DNA of 64,000 nt from an uncultured Syntrophaceae bacterium (GTDB lineage Bacteria; Desulfobacterota; BSN033; UBA1163), in contig CAYMJV010000003.1 in the NCBI GenBank assembly GCA_964390545.1, forward strand, positions 127-64,126. The letters are read 5' to 3'. Below are positions 36,474-46,244 of the stretch, in pieces (position 1 is the first letter of the stretch; each line of letters begins with the position of its first letter). A model generated the notes under the pieces. That model made no database searches, had not been told where the DNA came from, and saw nothing but the letters and a program-made list of their open reading frames with translations. The position numbers and the translations under genes were made by a program.

Positions 36474-36535
36474 AAACAAATGACACGGTCCCATGTTGTC
36501 ATCAATGTAGATTGTAGCTCAGAAGGGGATTCCAT

Positions 36536-37951
36536 ATGACAGGAATAAAATCTTGTGGAGCGTATATTCCCACCTACAGGCTGAGTAGAGGCGAGATTTC
36601 GAGAGCCATGGGGATCTCTTCTCTAGGTGGGGAAAGGTCTGTGGCAAATTTTGACGAAGATACCATCACGATGTCTGTTCAGGCAGTTAGAGATACGATC
36701 ACCGATGCAGATGTCGGAGAGATAGATGCCCTTTTTTTTGCAAGTACCACGCCACCCTATCATCAGAAGGAATCTGCAAGTACTGTGGCCACGGGGGCAG
36801 ATTTGAAAGAAGATATCCTAACGTCTGATTTGCTGAGTTCCCCGAGGGCAAGTGTGTCGGCGTTGAGCTTAGCCATGGACAGGGTGAAGAGCGGATCTGC
36901 TTCTAACATCTTAGTTGCTGCGTCCGACTGCCGATTGGTTCCTGGGGGATCGGAGCTCGAGCAGTCCTATGGAGACGGTGCGGCAGCGGTTTTGGTTGGG
37001 TCGGACAACCTCATTGCAAGATTTGAGGCAGAGTATTCCGTTAGTGATGATTTCATTGATGTGTGGCGAACCGCTGAGGACAAGTTTGTCAAATCATGGG
37101 AGGACAGGTTTATTAAAACAGAGGGATACCATAAAAACGTGACCAGAGCGGTAAGGGGTCTGTTACAAAAATATGGACTATCTCCTTTGGATTTCCAGAA
37201 GGCCGTCATTCCTGCTCCCGATATGAGATCGCTTCGGGAAGTGGGTAAAAGCCTTGGTTTTGATCTCAAGACGCAAATCCAGGATCCTCTATTCAGCACG
37301 GTGGGGGATACGGGTACAGCCCAGCCGCTACTCCTGTTGACTGCGTGTTTAGAAGAAGCAAAGCCGAACGATAAAATACTTTTGGTAGGTTTCGGTGATG
37401 GAGCCCAAGCCTTGGTTTTTTCTGTGACGGAGAAAATAAGAGAAAAAGGGAAGCATACCATTGCAGACTGTGTGGCATCCAAGATGCTTTTGAATAAGTA
37501 TGAGGAGTATCTGAAGTTTAGAAACCTCATGACAACGGAAGCTGCGAGAAGACCGAGCTATCCATCCTCGGTGCCTTATATGTGGAGAGAAAGGAACTAT
37601 TTCACGAGGTTCCATGGAAGCAAGTGTTTGAACTGTGGTACCGAGCAGTATCCCAGACACAGAATATGCTACGAATGTAAGAGCAAAGATAGGTTCGAGG
37701 AAATAAAACTGGCTCGCAGAAAAGGTCACGTGATTACGTACACGAAGGATTATCTTTTTCCATCGACCGTCCCGCCCCATGTCCAAGCAGTGGTAGAGCT
37801 TGAAGGAGGATGTAGGGTGTACATGATGATGACAGATGTAAACCCTGATAAAGTGAAAAGCGAGATGTCGGTCCAAATGGTTTTTAGGATGCTTCACGAT
37901 CGTGGGGGATTCTTCCACTACGGGTGGAAGGCCAAGCCCTTGGATCAATAG
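36536..37951 (+). CDS. HMG-CoA synthase-like (thiolase-fold) domain fused to a DUF35 OB-fold/zinc-ribbon domain
   Basis: 471 aa. The N-terminal roughly 340 aa are collinear with archaeal/bacterial HMGCS (CGAYIPTYRL, NFDEDTITM, YGDGAAAVLVG, GDTGTAQPLL, GFGDGA). The C-terminus has CLNCGTEQYPRHRICYECKS plus an OB fold. Confidence 0.75.
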   Translation: MTGIKSCGAYIPTYRLSRGEISRAMGISSLGGERSVANFDEDTITMSVQAVRDTITDADVGEIDALFFASTTPPYHQKESASTVATGADLKEDILTSDLLSSPRASVSALSLAMDRVKSGSASNILVAASDCRLVPGGSELEQSYGDGAAAVLVGSDNLIARFEAEYSVSDDFIDVWRTAEDKFVKSWEDRFIKTEGYHKNVTRAVRGLLQKYGLSPLDFQKAVIPAPDMRSLREVGKSLGFDLKTQIQDPLFSTVGDTGTAQPLLLLTACLEEAKPNDKILLVGFGDGAQALVFSVTEKIREKGKHTIADCVASKMLLNKYEEYLKFRNLMTTEAARRPSYPSSVPYMWRERNYFTRFHGSKCLNCGTEQYPRHRICYECKSKDRFEEIKLARRKGHVITYTKDYLFPSTVPPHVQAVVELEGGCRVYMMMTDVNPDKVKSEMSVQMVFRMLHDRGGFFHYGWKAKPLDQ

Positions 37952-37963
37952 GAGGTGGGTTCA

Positions 37964-39127
37964 ATGCCTGCTGGAAACATTAAGGATAAGGTCTCTATCG
38001 TTGGCATGGGATGCACCAAATTTGGTGAGAACTGGGAGATGAGCGCTGATGATATGATCATTGATGCTGCCTATGAGGCCTTTGAAGATGCCGGCATTGA
38101 TCCTAAGGATATCCAAGCAGCCTGGGTTGGGGTAACCTCTTCCGGTGCTTCCGGTGCGACTCTGGCAAATCCTTTGAAGCTTGATCGGATCCCGATCACA
38201 AGAGTGGAGAATTACTGTGCTACGGGACAGGAGGCAATAAGAAATGCGGCATTCGCCGTGGCCTGTGGCATGTATGATATCGTCCTAGCCTTGGGGTATG
38301 AGAAACTGAAAGATACAGGCGCCCGTGGACTTCCTTTTGTCAGCATGGTGGACCCCGTGATTGGATTGGGTGCAACGCCGCCTGGACTTTTCGGCGTTCC
38401 ATGGGTCACCTTTTTTGAGAAGTATGGAGTGACTAAGGAGACATTGGCCAAGATTGCCGTCAAGAATCACTATAACGGATCAATGAATCCAAAAGCCCAT
38501 TTCCAGAAAGCGATCACACTGGAGGACGTAATGAAGGCGCCGATCATTGCCTGGCCTCTGGGGGTCTTTGACTGTTGTCCTACCACAGATGGTGCCGCTG
38601 CCGCCATACTGGTCAGCAGGGAAATGGCCAGAAGCTTTCGGGAAGATTACATAAATATCAAAGGACTTTCTGTAATGGTTGATCCTCTCTATCCTGGTTA
38701 TAGGCCAAAACACGATTTTTCGAGCTGGCCTGCTACAGCCCGAGCTGCGGAGGATGCATACCGACAGGCCGGTATAACCCATCCCAGAAAAGAGCTGGAC
38801 CTGGTTGAACTTCATGATTGTTTTACGATAACTGAACTGGTTACTTATTGTGATCTTGGCCTGTGTGAGAAAGAAGAAGTTAAAGATTGCGTCGACTCAG
38901 GGGTTTTTGAACTGACAGGTGACCTGCCTGTTAATGCCAGCGGAGGTTTGAAGTCTTGTGGCCATCCTGTTGGCGCAACCGGCGTCAGGATGGTTTATGA
39001 GCTCTATAAGCAGATGCAGGGGAAGGTCGAAAGCAAAAGGCAGATCAAGGACGCTGCATTGGGATTGGCCCATAACCTGGGTGGGGCCCCGCAGGTGGCC
39101 AGCGCTATTATTGTAGGGATCGATTGA
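37964..39127 (+). CDS. SCP-x/thiolase-like protein (DUF35-partnered thiolase)
   Basis: AGGAGG at 37950-37955 favours ATG 37964. Catalytic Cys region VENYCATGQEAIRNAA, and NASGGLKSCGHPVGATG. Confidence 0.85.
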   Translation: MPAGNIKDKVSIVGMGCTKFGENWEMSADDMIIDAAYEAFEDAGIDPKDIQAAWVGVTSSGASGATLANPLKLDRIPITRVENYCATGQEAIRNAAFAVACGMYDIVLALGYEKLKDTGARGLPFVSMVDPVIGLGATPPGLFGVPWVTFFEKYGVTKETLAKIAVKNHYNGSMNPKAHFQKAITLEDVMKAPIIAWPLGVFDCCPTTDGAAAAILVSREMARSFREDYINIKGLSVMVDPLYPGYRPKHDFSSWPATARAAEDAYRQAGITHPRKELDLVELHDCFTITELVTYCDLGLCEKEEVKDCVDSGVFELTGDLPVNASGGLKSCGHPVGATGVRMVYELYKQMQGKVESKRQIKDAALGLAHNLGGAPQVASAIIVGID

Positions 39128-39215
39128 CAATCAATGGACGATGGAATGGTTTTTGGAAATCCCTTTCCGCAGGAATGTGATAAAGAGGAAGTGAGAAATC
39201 AGAAAGGAGGATGAC

Positions 39216-41612
39216 ATGACTCAAAGAACAAGAGACCTTATGCTAAGTACGCCTATTAAGTCAACTCAGATTGCTCAAAAATTTATTGCCGACGATATAA
39301 GGGCGAATAGACCAGGAATGAAGTGGGTCTATGAACTTGAGAGAGCGAGGTTGCTGACAGAATCCTATAAGCAGACTGAAGGGGAGCCTATGGTGCTAAG
39401 AAGGGCAAAGGCCTTAGCATACATTTTAGAGCATATGACGCTCTATATTCGCCCAGGTGAATTGATTGTTGGCTGCTTCGCCTCAGGGCCGGACTCTTGT
39501 GCCCACTATCCTGAGCTTCAATATAAATGGGTTGAAAGAGAGACAGGGTCCGGTATGGTTTATTCCGACTTGCTGAACGATGAGGAGAAGAAGGAACTTA
39601 AGGAAATAGACAGTTATTGGGAGAAGTATGCAGTCCATCACATTTTCAATAGATACCTTCCTGCAGATTTGCTTGATGTGACTTTTATGTTTGGCTTTGA
39701 GTATCAAACGCCAAACTACGAAAAGATTCTCCACAAAGGTTTAAAGGGGTTAATTGAAGAAGCTTTGAACAGGAAAGAGAGACTGGTAAAGGAATTGTGG
39801 GATCAAACTATATCCGAGGTAGAGTATGTGAAAAAAAAGGATTTCTTGGACTCCACGATCATCGTTTTGAATGCGGCAATTAACTGGGGGAAGAGATTTG
39901 CAAAATTAGCAAGGGAAATGTCTGAAAAAGAGAGAGACCCCAAGAGAAAAGGCGAATTGAGGATCATCGCAGAGAATTGTGAATGGGTGCCAAAGAATCC
40001 AGCACGCACACTCCGTGAGGCAATACAATGCTATTGGTTCATCCACCTTATTGTCAATTACATTGAGCTTCCTTGCGTGGGAGATGGGATAAGGTTTGAT
40101 GTTTGCATGAACCCCTTCTATGAGAAGGATTTAAAGGAGGGCAGAATAACCAGGGAAGATGCTCAAGAGCTGGTTGAGTGTGTATTTGTAAAATCTCAGG
40201 AAACAGGTTTCTTGCATCCACCCATATGGTCGGGTACAGGTGGAGGTGCCTTAGGGTTCCAAACGATGACCATTGGTGGAATGGATGCCAATGGTGACGA
40301 TGTTTCTGGTGAGATGAGCCTGATCGTTATGGATGCCATGAAAACCGTTAGAACGATAACTCCTCCGTTGGCTCTAAGATGGCACGACAAGATGCCAAAG
40401 AAACTGATTGACAAGAGCATCGAGTGCTGGGCCAGTGGCATGCCTCAGCCCGCCCTTTTCAATGATAAGGTAAACATCTTGAGATTGGCTGGTCTCGGGA
40501 TTCCTATTGAAGAAGCCAAAAATTATTCCATCTTGACTTGCATGATCCCGACCATACCGGGGAAAAACCTTACTCGGATTTCACCCACGTACATACCTGT
40601 TCCTTTATGTCTGACAGCGGCGTTAGGACTTGATGTATTGCCCGGTTTTTGGAAAAGACCGGTTGGAAATCCAGTCCCAGACCTGGAGAAAATTAGCTCG
40701 ATCGAACAGCTTATGGATGCCACGATAGAAAATTATAAGTGGATTATGCACGCGTGGGCTATTATGTCAAACATAGGTGAGGCTTTGTATCGAGAATATG
40801 TGCCCAGGCCATTCCTCTCAGCCTTACTGGACGATTCTATTGAGAAGGCCCAGGATTTCAGAGAATGGCAACATTGGCAAGGCTATCGAGAGGTCTATAT
40901 CATAGGTCTCAACAATCTTGCCGACTCCCTCGCTGCTATCAAGAAAGTCGTCTTTGAGAATAAGAAGGCTACCCTGTCTGAGCTCATCCAGGCCTTGAAG
41001 AAGAATTGGGAAGGTTATGAAGAGCTGAGGCAGATGTGCCTTGAGGCACCAAAATTTGGCAACGATGATGACTCTGTTGACCTCCTATCACGAGAGATGG
41101 GAAAAAGAATTGCCAAGGAGACGACGAAGTTTAAGACAATTTTCGGAAGTCACTACATTACGGATGGGACGGTAGCGTCAGCCTTTTACCTTCATGGGGC
41201 CACCTGCCCTGCTACGCCCGACGGAAGGAAGGCGAGAGAACCTTTCCATGATGGAAGTATTTCTCCTATGGGTAGCAGAGACCATAAGGGGCCGACAGCG
41301 GTGTTAAAGTCGGTTTCAAAGGTCGACCCATTGGTAACCTGGAATCACCTCTTTAACCAGACCTTCATGCCCCAGTATCTTGTAGGCCACAATGCGGAGC
41401 TCTTTGCTCAATACCTTGACACATGGAATGATTTAGGGATTCATCACATCCAATTCAGTGTCGTTAGCAGGGAAACTCTCATAGACGCCCAAAAACATCC
41501 TGAGAAATACAGCGACTTGATGGTCAGGGTCTGTGGCTACTCTGCTTACTTTGTGGACCTCAACAAAGGGCTGCAAGATCAGATTATTTCCAGGACCCCG
41601 CAATGTTTATGA
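39216..41612 (+). CDS. glycyl radical enzyme (PFL2 / 'dehydratase-type' architecture, unknown reaction)
   Basis: 798 aa with an AGGAGG RBS. ERARLLTESYKQTEGEPMVLRRAKAL, FGNDDDSVD, glycyl radical motif RVCGYSAYF (Gly774), and a predicted Cys loop YSILTCMIPTIPG (Cys442, codon 40539-40541). Confidence 0.9.
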   Translation: MTQRTRDLMLSTPIKSTQIAQKFIADDIRANRPGMKWVYELERARLLTESYKQTEGEPMVLRRAKALAYILEHMTLYIRPGELIVGCFASGPDSCAHYPELQYKWVERETGSGMVYSDLLNDEEKKELKEIDSYWEKYAVHHIFNRYLPADLLDVTFMFGFEYQTPNYEKILHKGLKGLIEEALNRKERLVKELWDQTISEVEYVKKKDFLDSTIIVLNAAINWGKRFAKLAREMSEKERDPKRKGELRIIAENCEWVPKNPARTLREAIQCYWFIHLIVNYIELPCVGDGIRFDVCMNPFYEKDLKEGRITREDAQELVECVFVKSQETGFLHPPIWSGTGGGALGFQTMTIGGMDANGDDVSGEMSLIVMDAMKTVRTITPPLALRWHDKMPKKLIDKSIECWASGMPQPALFNDKVNILRLAGLGIPIEEAKNYSILTCMIPTIPGKNLTRISPTYIPVPLCLTAALGLDVLPGFWKRPVGNPVPDLEKISSIEQLMDATIENYKWIMHAWAIMSNIGEALYREYVPRPFLSALLDDSIEKAQDFREWQHWQGYREVYIIGLNNLADSLAAIKKVVFENKKATLSELIQALKKNWEGYEELRQMCLEAPKFGNDDDSVDLLSREMGKRIAKETTKFKTIFGSHYITDGTVASAFYLHGATCPATPDGRKAREPFHDGSISPMGSRDHKGPTAVLKSVSKVDPLVTWNHLFNQTFMPQYLVGHNAELFAQYLDTWNDLGIHHIQFSVVSRETLIDAQKHPEKYSDLMVRVCGYSAYFVDLNKGLQDQIISRTPQCL

Positions 41613-41622
41613 CAAAGAGGAG

Positions 41623-42567
41623 ATGCATTACTGTTTGAATAAGCGAGAATCATTCTGGTGTAACGACTTGGACGGAATCGTATTTGATATTCAAAGGTAC
41701 AGTATCCATGACGGCCCTGGAATCAGAACAACGATCTTTCTGAAAGGGTGCCCGTTAAGATGTAAATGGTGTGCTAACCCAGAATCGCAGGATTTACGCA
41801 CTGAGATTTTCCTCAGGAAGTCCAAGTGTGATGGATGCGGGAAATGCGTAAAGACCTGTCCACCGGACGCTATTATTTTGAACAATGGGGGTATAGAGAT
41901 AGATAGGGGGCGCTGTGATCGGTGCATGAAGTGTGTGGATATTTGTCTCACACACGCCTTAAGCCGCGCAGGAGGTAGGAAGACCGTGCAAGAAGTTGTG
42001 GAAGAGGTTGGCAAAGATGAATTGTTTTACCGAAATTCAGGGGGTGGCGTAACCCTATCCGGTGGTGAGCCCCTTTTCCAGCCGGAATTTACTCTCGCTT
42101 TGTTGCAGGGATGTAAGAAGAGGTCGCTACATACTGCTTTAGACACGTGTGGTTTTGCCAAGTGGGAGATCTTGGATAAGATTTTAGATTACACGGACGT
42201 TGTCCTCTACGATATTAAACATTTAGATCCGATGCAACATGTTTCTGAAACGGGCGTCCGCAATGAGCTTATTATTGAAAATCTCGAGCGTACCGTTAGA
42301 AAAAAGAAAAGAATATGGATAAGAGTTCCCGTTATTCCTAACAGCAATGATTCAGAGCAGCACATGAGCAATTTGGCTAGATTTCTGTCAAGGATGTCTA
42401 TCGAAAAGGTTAGTCTCTTAGGTTACCACGAGTGGGGTCGAAGCAAGTATGAGGCCTTGGGCAGAAATTACCTGACGGACGAGTTATCCCCGTTGAAGGA
42501 GGAGGCGCTCAATCACTTGAAGGATATCCTGGAATCGTTTTCACTCAAGGTTTCTATTGGATATTAG
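41623..42567 (+). CDS. glycyl radical enzyme activating enzyme (radical SAM, ferredoxin-insert type)
   Basis: 314 aa from ATG 41623 (RBS AAGAGGAG). CPLRCKWCANP (CX3CX2C), CDGCGKCVKTCP and CDRCMKCVDIC clusters, and GGVTLSGGEP. Confidence 0.9.
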   Translation: MHYCLNKRESFWCNDLDGIVFDIQRYSIHDGPGIRTTIFLKGCPLRCKWCANPESQDLRTEIFLRKSKCDGCGKCVKTCPPDAIILNNGGIEIDRGRCDRCMKCVDICLTHALSRAGGRKTVQEVVEEVGKDELFYRNSGGGVTLSGGEPLFQPEFTLALLQGCKKRSLHTALDTCGFAKWEILDKILDYTDVVLYDIKHLDPMQHVSETGVRNELIIENLERTVRKKKRIWIRVPVIPNSNDSEQHMSNLARFLSRMSIEKVSLLGYHEWGRSKYEALGRNYLTDELSPLKEEALNHLKDILESFSLKVSIGY

Positions 42568-42634
42568 AGACGGCGAAGACAATCGATCGAGGAAGGCCTA
42601 AGTCAGGAGTACAAAACTTCGGGGGCGGATTCAG

Positions 42635-43405
42635 ATGGGAGTCAACAGTTCAATACTAAAGATAGAAAACATATCACTTGATTTCGGCTCGGTCCGGGCG
42701 CTGTTGGATGTGTCCTTCGAGGTTTACGGAGAGGAGATACTGGCTCTCATAGGGCCCAATGGTGCTGGAAAAACTTGCGTCTTAAACTGCATTAACGGTT
42801 TCTATTCTCCGAACAGAGGGAGGATCTTCTTGAGCGACCAGGAGATCACTCGCTTTTCGCCAAGCAAGCGGGCCAGGTTTGGAATATCGAGAACCTTTCA
42901 AAATATTGAGCTTTATACAGGCCTCACTGCTCTCGATAACCTGATGGCCGCCCGACATCATTACCTCAAATATGGTCCGATGGCCGGGTGTTTGTTTTTT
43001 GGGAGAGCCCGTCGCGAAGAAATTCGAAATCGCCATGTCGTGGAAGAAATTACTGATCTATTAGAGATAAGAGAGGTTCGCTATCAGGTGGTTGGAAGTC
43101 TCCCCTTTGGCCTCAGGAAACGAGTTGACCTTGGAAGGGCTCTGGCCCTTGAACCCAAAGTCCTATTGTTAGATGAACCCATGGCTGGTATGAACGTGGA
43201 AGAAAAAGAGGATATGGCCCGTTTTATACTCGATATTCAGGAACTAAGACATATTCCCATCGTTATTGTTGAGCATGACATGGGTGTTGTGATGGACATT
43301 GCCGACAGGGTCGTTGTGTTAGATTTTGGAAACAAGATTGCTGAAGGAATCCCCGCGGAAATCAAGAGGAATGAAAAAGTGATCCAGGCTTATCTGGGCA
43401 GATAA
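42635..43405 (+). CDS. branched-chain-amino-acid-type ABC transporter ATP-binding protein (LivG-like)
   Basis: 256 aa. Walker A GPNGAGKT and Walker B LLLDEPMAGMN. Confidence 0.9.
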   Translation: MGVNSSILKIENISLDFGSVRALLDVSFEVYGEEILALIGPNGAGKTCVLNCINGFYSPNRGRIFLSDQEITRFSPSKRARFGISRTFQNIELYTGLTALDNLMAARHHYLKYGPMAGCLFFGRARREEIRNRHVVEEITDLLEIREVRYQVVGSLPFGLRKRVDLGRALALEPKVLLLDEPMAGMNVEEKEDMARFILDIQELRHIPIVIVEHDMGVVMDIADRVVVLDFGNKIAEGIPAEIKRNEKVIQAYLGR

Positions 43406-43437
43406 TCGCCGGATACTTAGGGAGGGTCAAGGAAAAA

Positions 43438-45354
43438 GTGATCGATGCGCCGCATTTAGCAGAAAATGAAGACACACTTCCCAAGCTCCTTCTCAAAAAC
43501 TATCGCAAGCATGGTTCAAGCCAGGTGGCGATTCGTGAAAAGGATATGGGGATTTGGCAGAGTTATTCCTGGGCAGATTACTATGAGCTTGTCAAACATC
43601 TCTGTCTGGCATTTGTTTCTATGGGGCTCAAACCCGGTGAATGCGTGTCTGTCATTGCTGAAAATAAACCCCATGCTTACTGGTTTGAGTTGGCAGTGCA
43701 AGCGGCCGGAGGCGTGTTTGTCGGTGTTTTTGCTGACTGCACGCCCCCTGAGGTTGAGTATTTTGTGAATCAGTCGGAATCCCGTTTCATCGTGTGTCAA
43801 GACCAGGAACAGGTGGATAAGGTTCTTGTGATCAAGGAAAAGATACCGACGGTGCAAAAGGTGATCTATTGGGATCCGAAAGGTCTCTGGAGTTATTCTG
43901 ACCCCATTCTCATTAACATGGATCAGATGCTTGAGATGGGCAAAGCTGTGGAGAGAGATCGTCCTGGTTCATTCGAAGGCTGTGTTACGAAGACCAAGGG
44001 GGAGGACACGGCCGTCTTTTTCTACACTTCCGGAACAACGGGCCAACCGAAGGCGGCTGTGGTAAAGCACAAGGCTTTAATTGGTATGGCTAGGTCGTTC
44101 CATGCCGTAACCGCCTATAAGGAAAATGAGGACTATGTATCGTTTATGCCCCCGGCATGGAGCGCGGAGCAAGTATTCGGGGTGGCCTGCTCCCTGATCT
44201 TTTGTCTGCGAGCCAATTTCCCCGAGGAATCGGAAACAGTTCAGGAGAACATTCGCGAGATTGGGCCTCAAGTTGTCCTTTTCGGCCCACGCCTATGGGA
44301 GAATATTTTTCGAATGATTCAGGCTAAAATCGAGGCTTCATCATGGCTTAACCGCCTGTTTTATAGGGCCGCAGTAAGAATTGGTGAACGGATGGCCGAT
44401 TTCTCTATGTTCGGCAGGAAACCCGGCCCTTTGTTTTCTGTCCTCGGTTTTCTGGCTGATCTATCTGTTCTTAGACCTTTGCGCGACCGCCTTGGCTTAC
44501 GTAAGACCCGGATCGCTTTTACCGCAGGCTCGGCTGTAAGCCCGAGCCTGATTAAGTATTTTCATGCAATCGGCGTAAATATTAAACAGATGTACGGGGG
44601 CTCTGAGGTGGGAATAATAACCGGCCACCTGGATAAGAAGATTAAACCCGAGACATGCGGCCCTCCATTACCCCAGGTTGATATCAAGCTTTCTGACGAG
44701 GGGGAGATCATGGTGTCCACCCCCAACATGTTTTCGGGTTATTTCAAGGATGAGCAGAAATCAGCACAACAGGTAAAGGACGGCTGGTATTATACCGGGG
44801 ACTTTGGCTATTTGGACAAGGACGGTCACCTTGTTGTTATGGACCGGATGACGGACCTATCGAACTTAGCTGGAGGGCAGCGGTTTTCTCCCCAGTACTG
44901 CGAGACCCAGCTTCGCTTCTCTGTATCTATCAAAGATGCGATGGTTTTGGCACGAGAGACTGAGACCCTCATCGGGGCGCTGGTCAATATTGATCTGGAC
45001 ACCGTAAGTCAGTGGGCCGAATCGAAGCACATCCCTTATACCACATTCGCTGACCTCTCTCAGAAACCAGAGGTCATAGAACTGATTCGAAAGGAGATAT
45101 CAAGAATCAATGAAAAACTCCCAGAGTTTTCCCGTATCAGAAAATTTATCAATCTCCACAAGGAGTTTGATCCGGACGAGGGGGAGATGACGCGTACACG
45201 AAAGATTCGGCGGACTTTAGCAGAAGAACGCTTCAAGGAGATGATTGACGCTATTTTCGGCGAAAAAGAGCAATTAGAGGTTATGACACAGATCACCTAT
45301 CGGGACGGCCGGACTGGTACGACCAAGATTAGGGTCACAGTAAACACCGTCTAG
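43438..45354 (+). CDS. long-chain-type AMP-dependent acyl-CoA synthetase embedded in the ABC operon
   Basis: 638 aa. FFYTSGTTGQPKAAVVKH, YGGSEVG, and WYYTGDFGYLDKDGHLVVMDRMTD. Confidence 0.9.
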   Translation: MIDAPHLAENEDTLPKLLLKNYRKHGSSQVAIREKDMGIWQSYSWADYYELVKHLCLAFVSMGLKPGECVSVIAENKPHAYWFELAVQAAGGVFVGVFADCTPPEVEYFVNQSESRFIVCQDQEQVDKVLVIKEKIPTVQKVIYWDPKGLWSYSDPILINMDQMLEMGKAVERDRPGSFEGCVTKTKGEDTAVFFYTSGTTGQPKAAVVKHKALIGMARSFHAVTAYKENEDYVSFMPPAWSAEQVFGVACSLIFCLRANFPEESETVQENIREIGPQVVLFGPRLWENIFRMIQAKIEASSWLNRLFYRAAVRIGERMADFSMFGRKPGPLFSVLGFLADLSVLRPLRDRLGLRKTRIAFTAGSAVSPSLIKYFHAIGVNIKQMYGGSEVGIITGHLDKKIKPETCGPPLPQVDIKLSDEGEIMVSTPNMFSGYFKDEQKSAQQVKDGWYYTGDFGYLDKDGHLVVMDRMTDLSNLAGGQRFSPQYCETQLRFSVSIKDAMVLARETETLIGALVNIDLDTVSQWAESKHIPYTTFADLSQKPEVIELIRKEISRINEKLPEFSRIRKFINLHKEFDPDEGEMTRTRKIRRTLAEERFKEMIDAIFGEKEQLEVMTQITYRDGRTGTTKIRVTVNTV

Positions 45355-45366
45355 GGAAAGGGCAGT

Positions 45367-46242
45367 ATGCTTACTCTGCAATTTTTCACAACAGGTCTTC
45401 TGGTTGGGGGCATTTATGCCCTCATCGCTGTGGGCATTGTCCTTGTTTATAAAGCCACGCGGATCTTTAACTTTGCTGTGGGAGAGCTGTTGGCTCTTGG
45501 GGGCTTCTTCTGTTACACGTTTTTTGTCTTGTTCCATTTTCCTTTATGGCTGTCTGCCCTTGGGACTCTTATCATGGCGGTTATCACTGGGTCTCTGGTG
45601 GAACGGCTGGTCCTCCGGCCTTTGCTAAGTCAATCGATTCTAACCATTATCATGGCCACTCTTGCTTTATCCTGCATTTTAAGAGGCCTGATGCTTATGC
45701 TCTGGACCGGTTATTCCCTATCGTTTCCAGAGCCGCTGCTACCTCGAAAGCCTTTTATTGTGAGGGATATCGTTATGCCCCAAGAGATGATGTGGGGTTT
45801 TATCATAGCGATGATAGCGTTTATTGTCTTGGCCTACTTCTTCCTCAAAACAAGAACCGGATTGAGAATGCGAAGCGTCTCCGAGGACCATGAACTTTCT
45901 ATGGCCTGCGGGGTGAATATCACTCGCATTTTTGCTTTGACCTGGATTTTTGCCGCAGTTCTGGGCGCCCTGGGAGGCGTCCTGCTAGGCAATCGGATTG
46001 GCTTATCAGCCGTTCTTACGCCTCCGATTGCACTCAAGGCCTTTCCCGCTGTCCTCTTCGGTGGTGTGGAATCAATTTCAGGAGCTATTGTAGCCGGGCT
46101 CATCACCGGCATCATAGAAAACCTCGTGGGAGGATTGATTGATCCAAGCCTGGGAGAGATCTCACCCTATGTGATCCTTCTGCTGGTTCTTATCTTAAGG
46201 CCGACAGGCCTGTTTGGATTAAAGCGTGTGGAGAGGATCTAA
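45367..46242 (+). CDS. ABC transporter permease (LivH-like)
   Basis: 291 aa, multi-TM. N-terminus QFFTTGLLVGGIYALIAVGIVLVY is typical of LivH. Confidence 0.9.
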   Translation: MLTLQFFTTGLLVGGIYALIAVGIVLVYKATRIFNFAVGELLALGGFFCYTFFVLFHFPLWLSALGTLIMAVITGSLVERLVLRPLLSQSILTIIMATLALSCILRGLMLMLWTGYSLSFPEPLLPRKPFIVRDIVMPQEMMWGFIIAMIAFIVLAYFFLKTRTGLRMRSVSEDHELSMACGVNITRIFALTWIFAAVLGALGGVLLGNRIGLSAVLTPPIALKAFPAVLFGGVESISGAIVAGLITGIIENLVGGLIDPSLGEISPYVILLLVLILRPTGLFGLKRVERI

Positions 46243-46244
46243 CC

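Noticed and set aside
41533-41622. Track ORF start for the activase lying inside the GRE gene.
   Set aside because: It overlaps the GRE C-terminus in another frame. ATG 41623 with the AAGAGGAG RBS gives the normal activase N-terminus.
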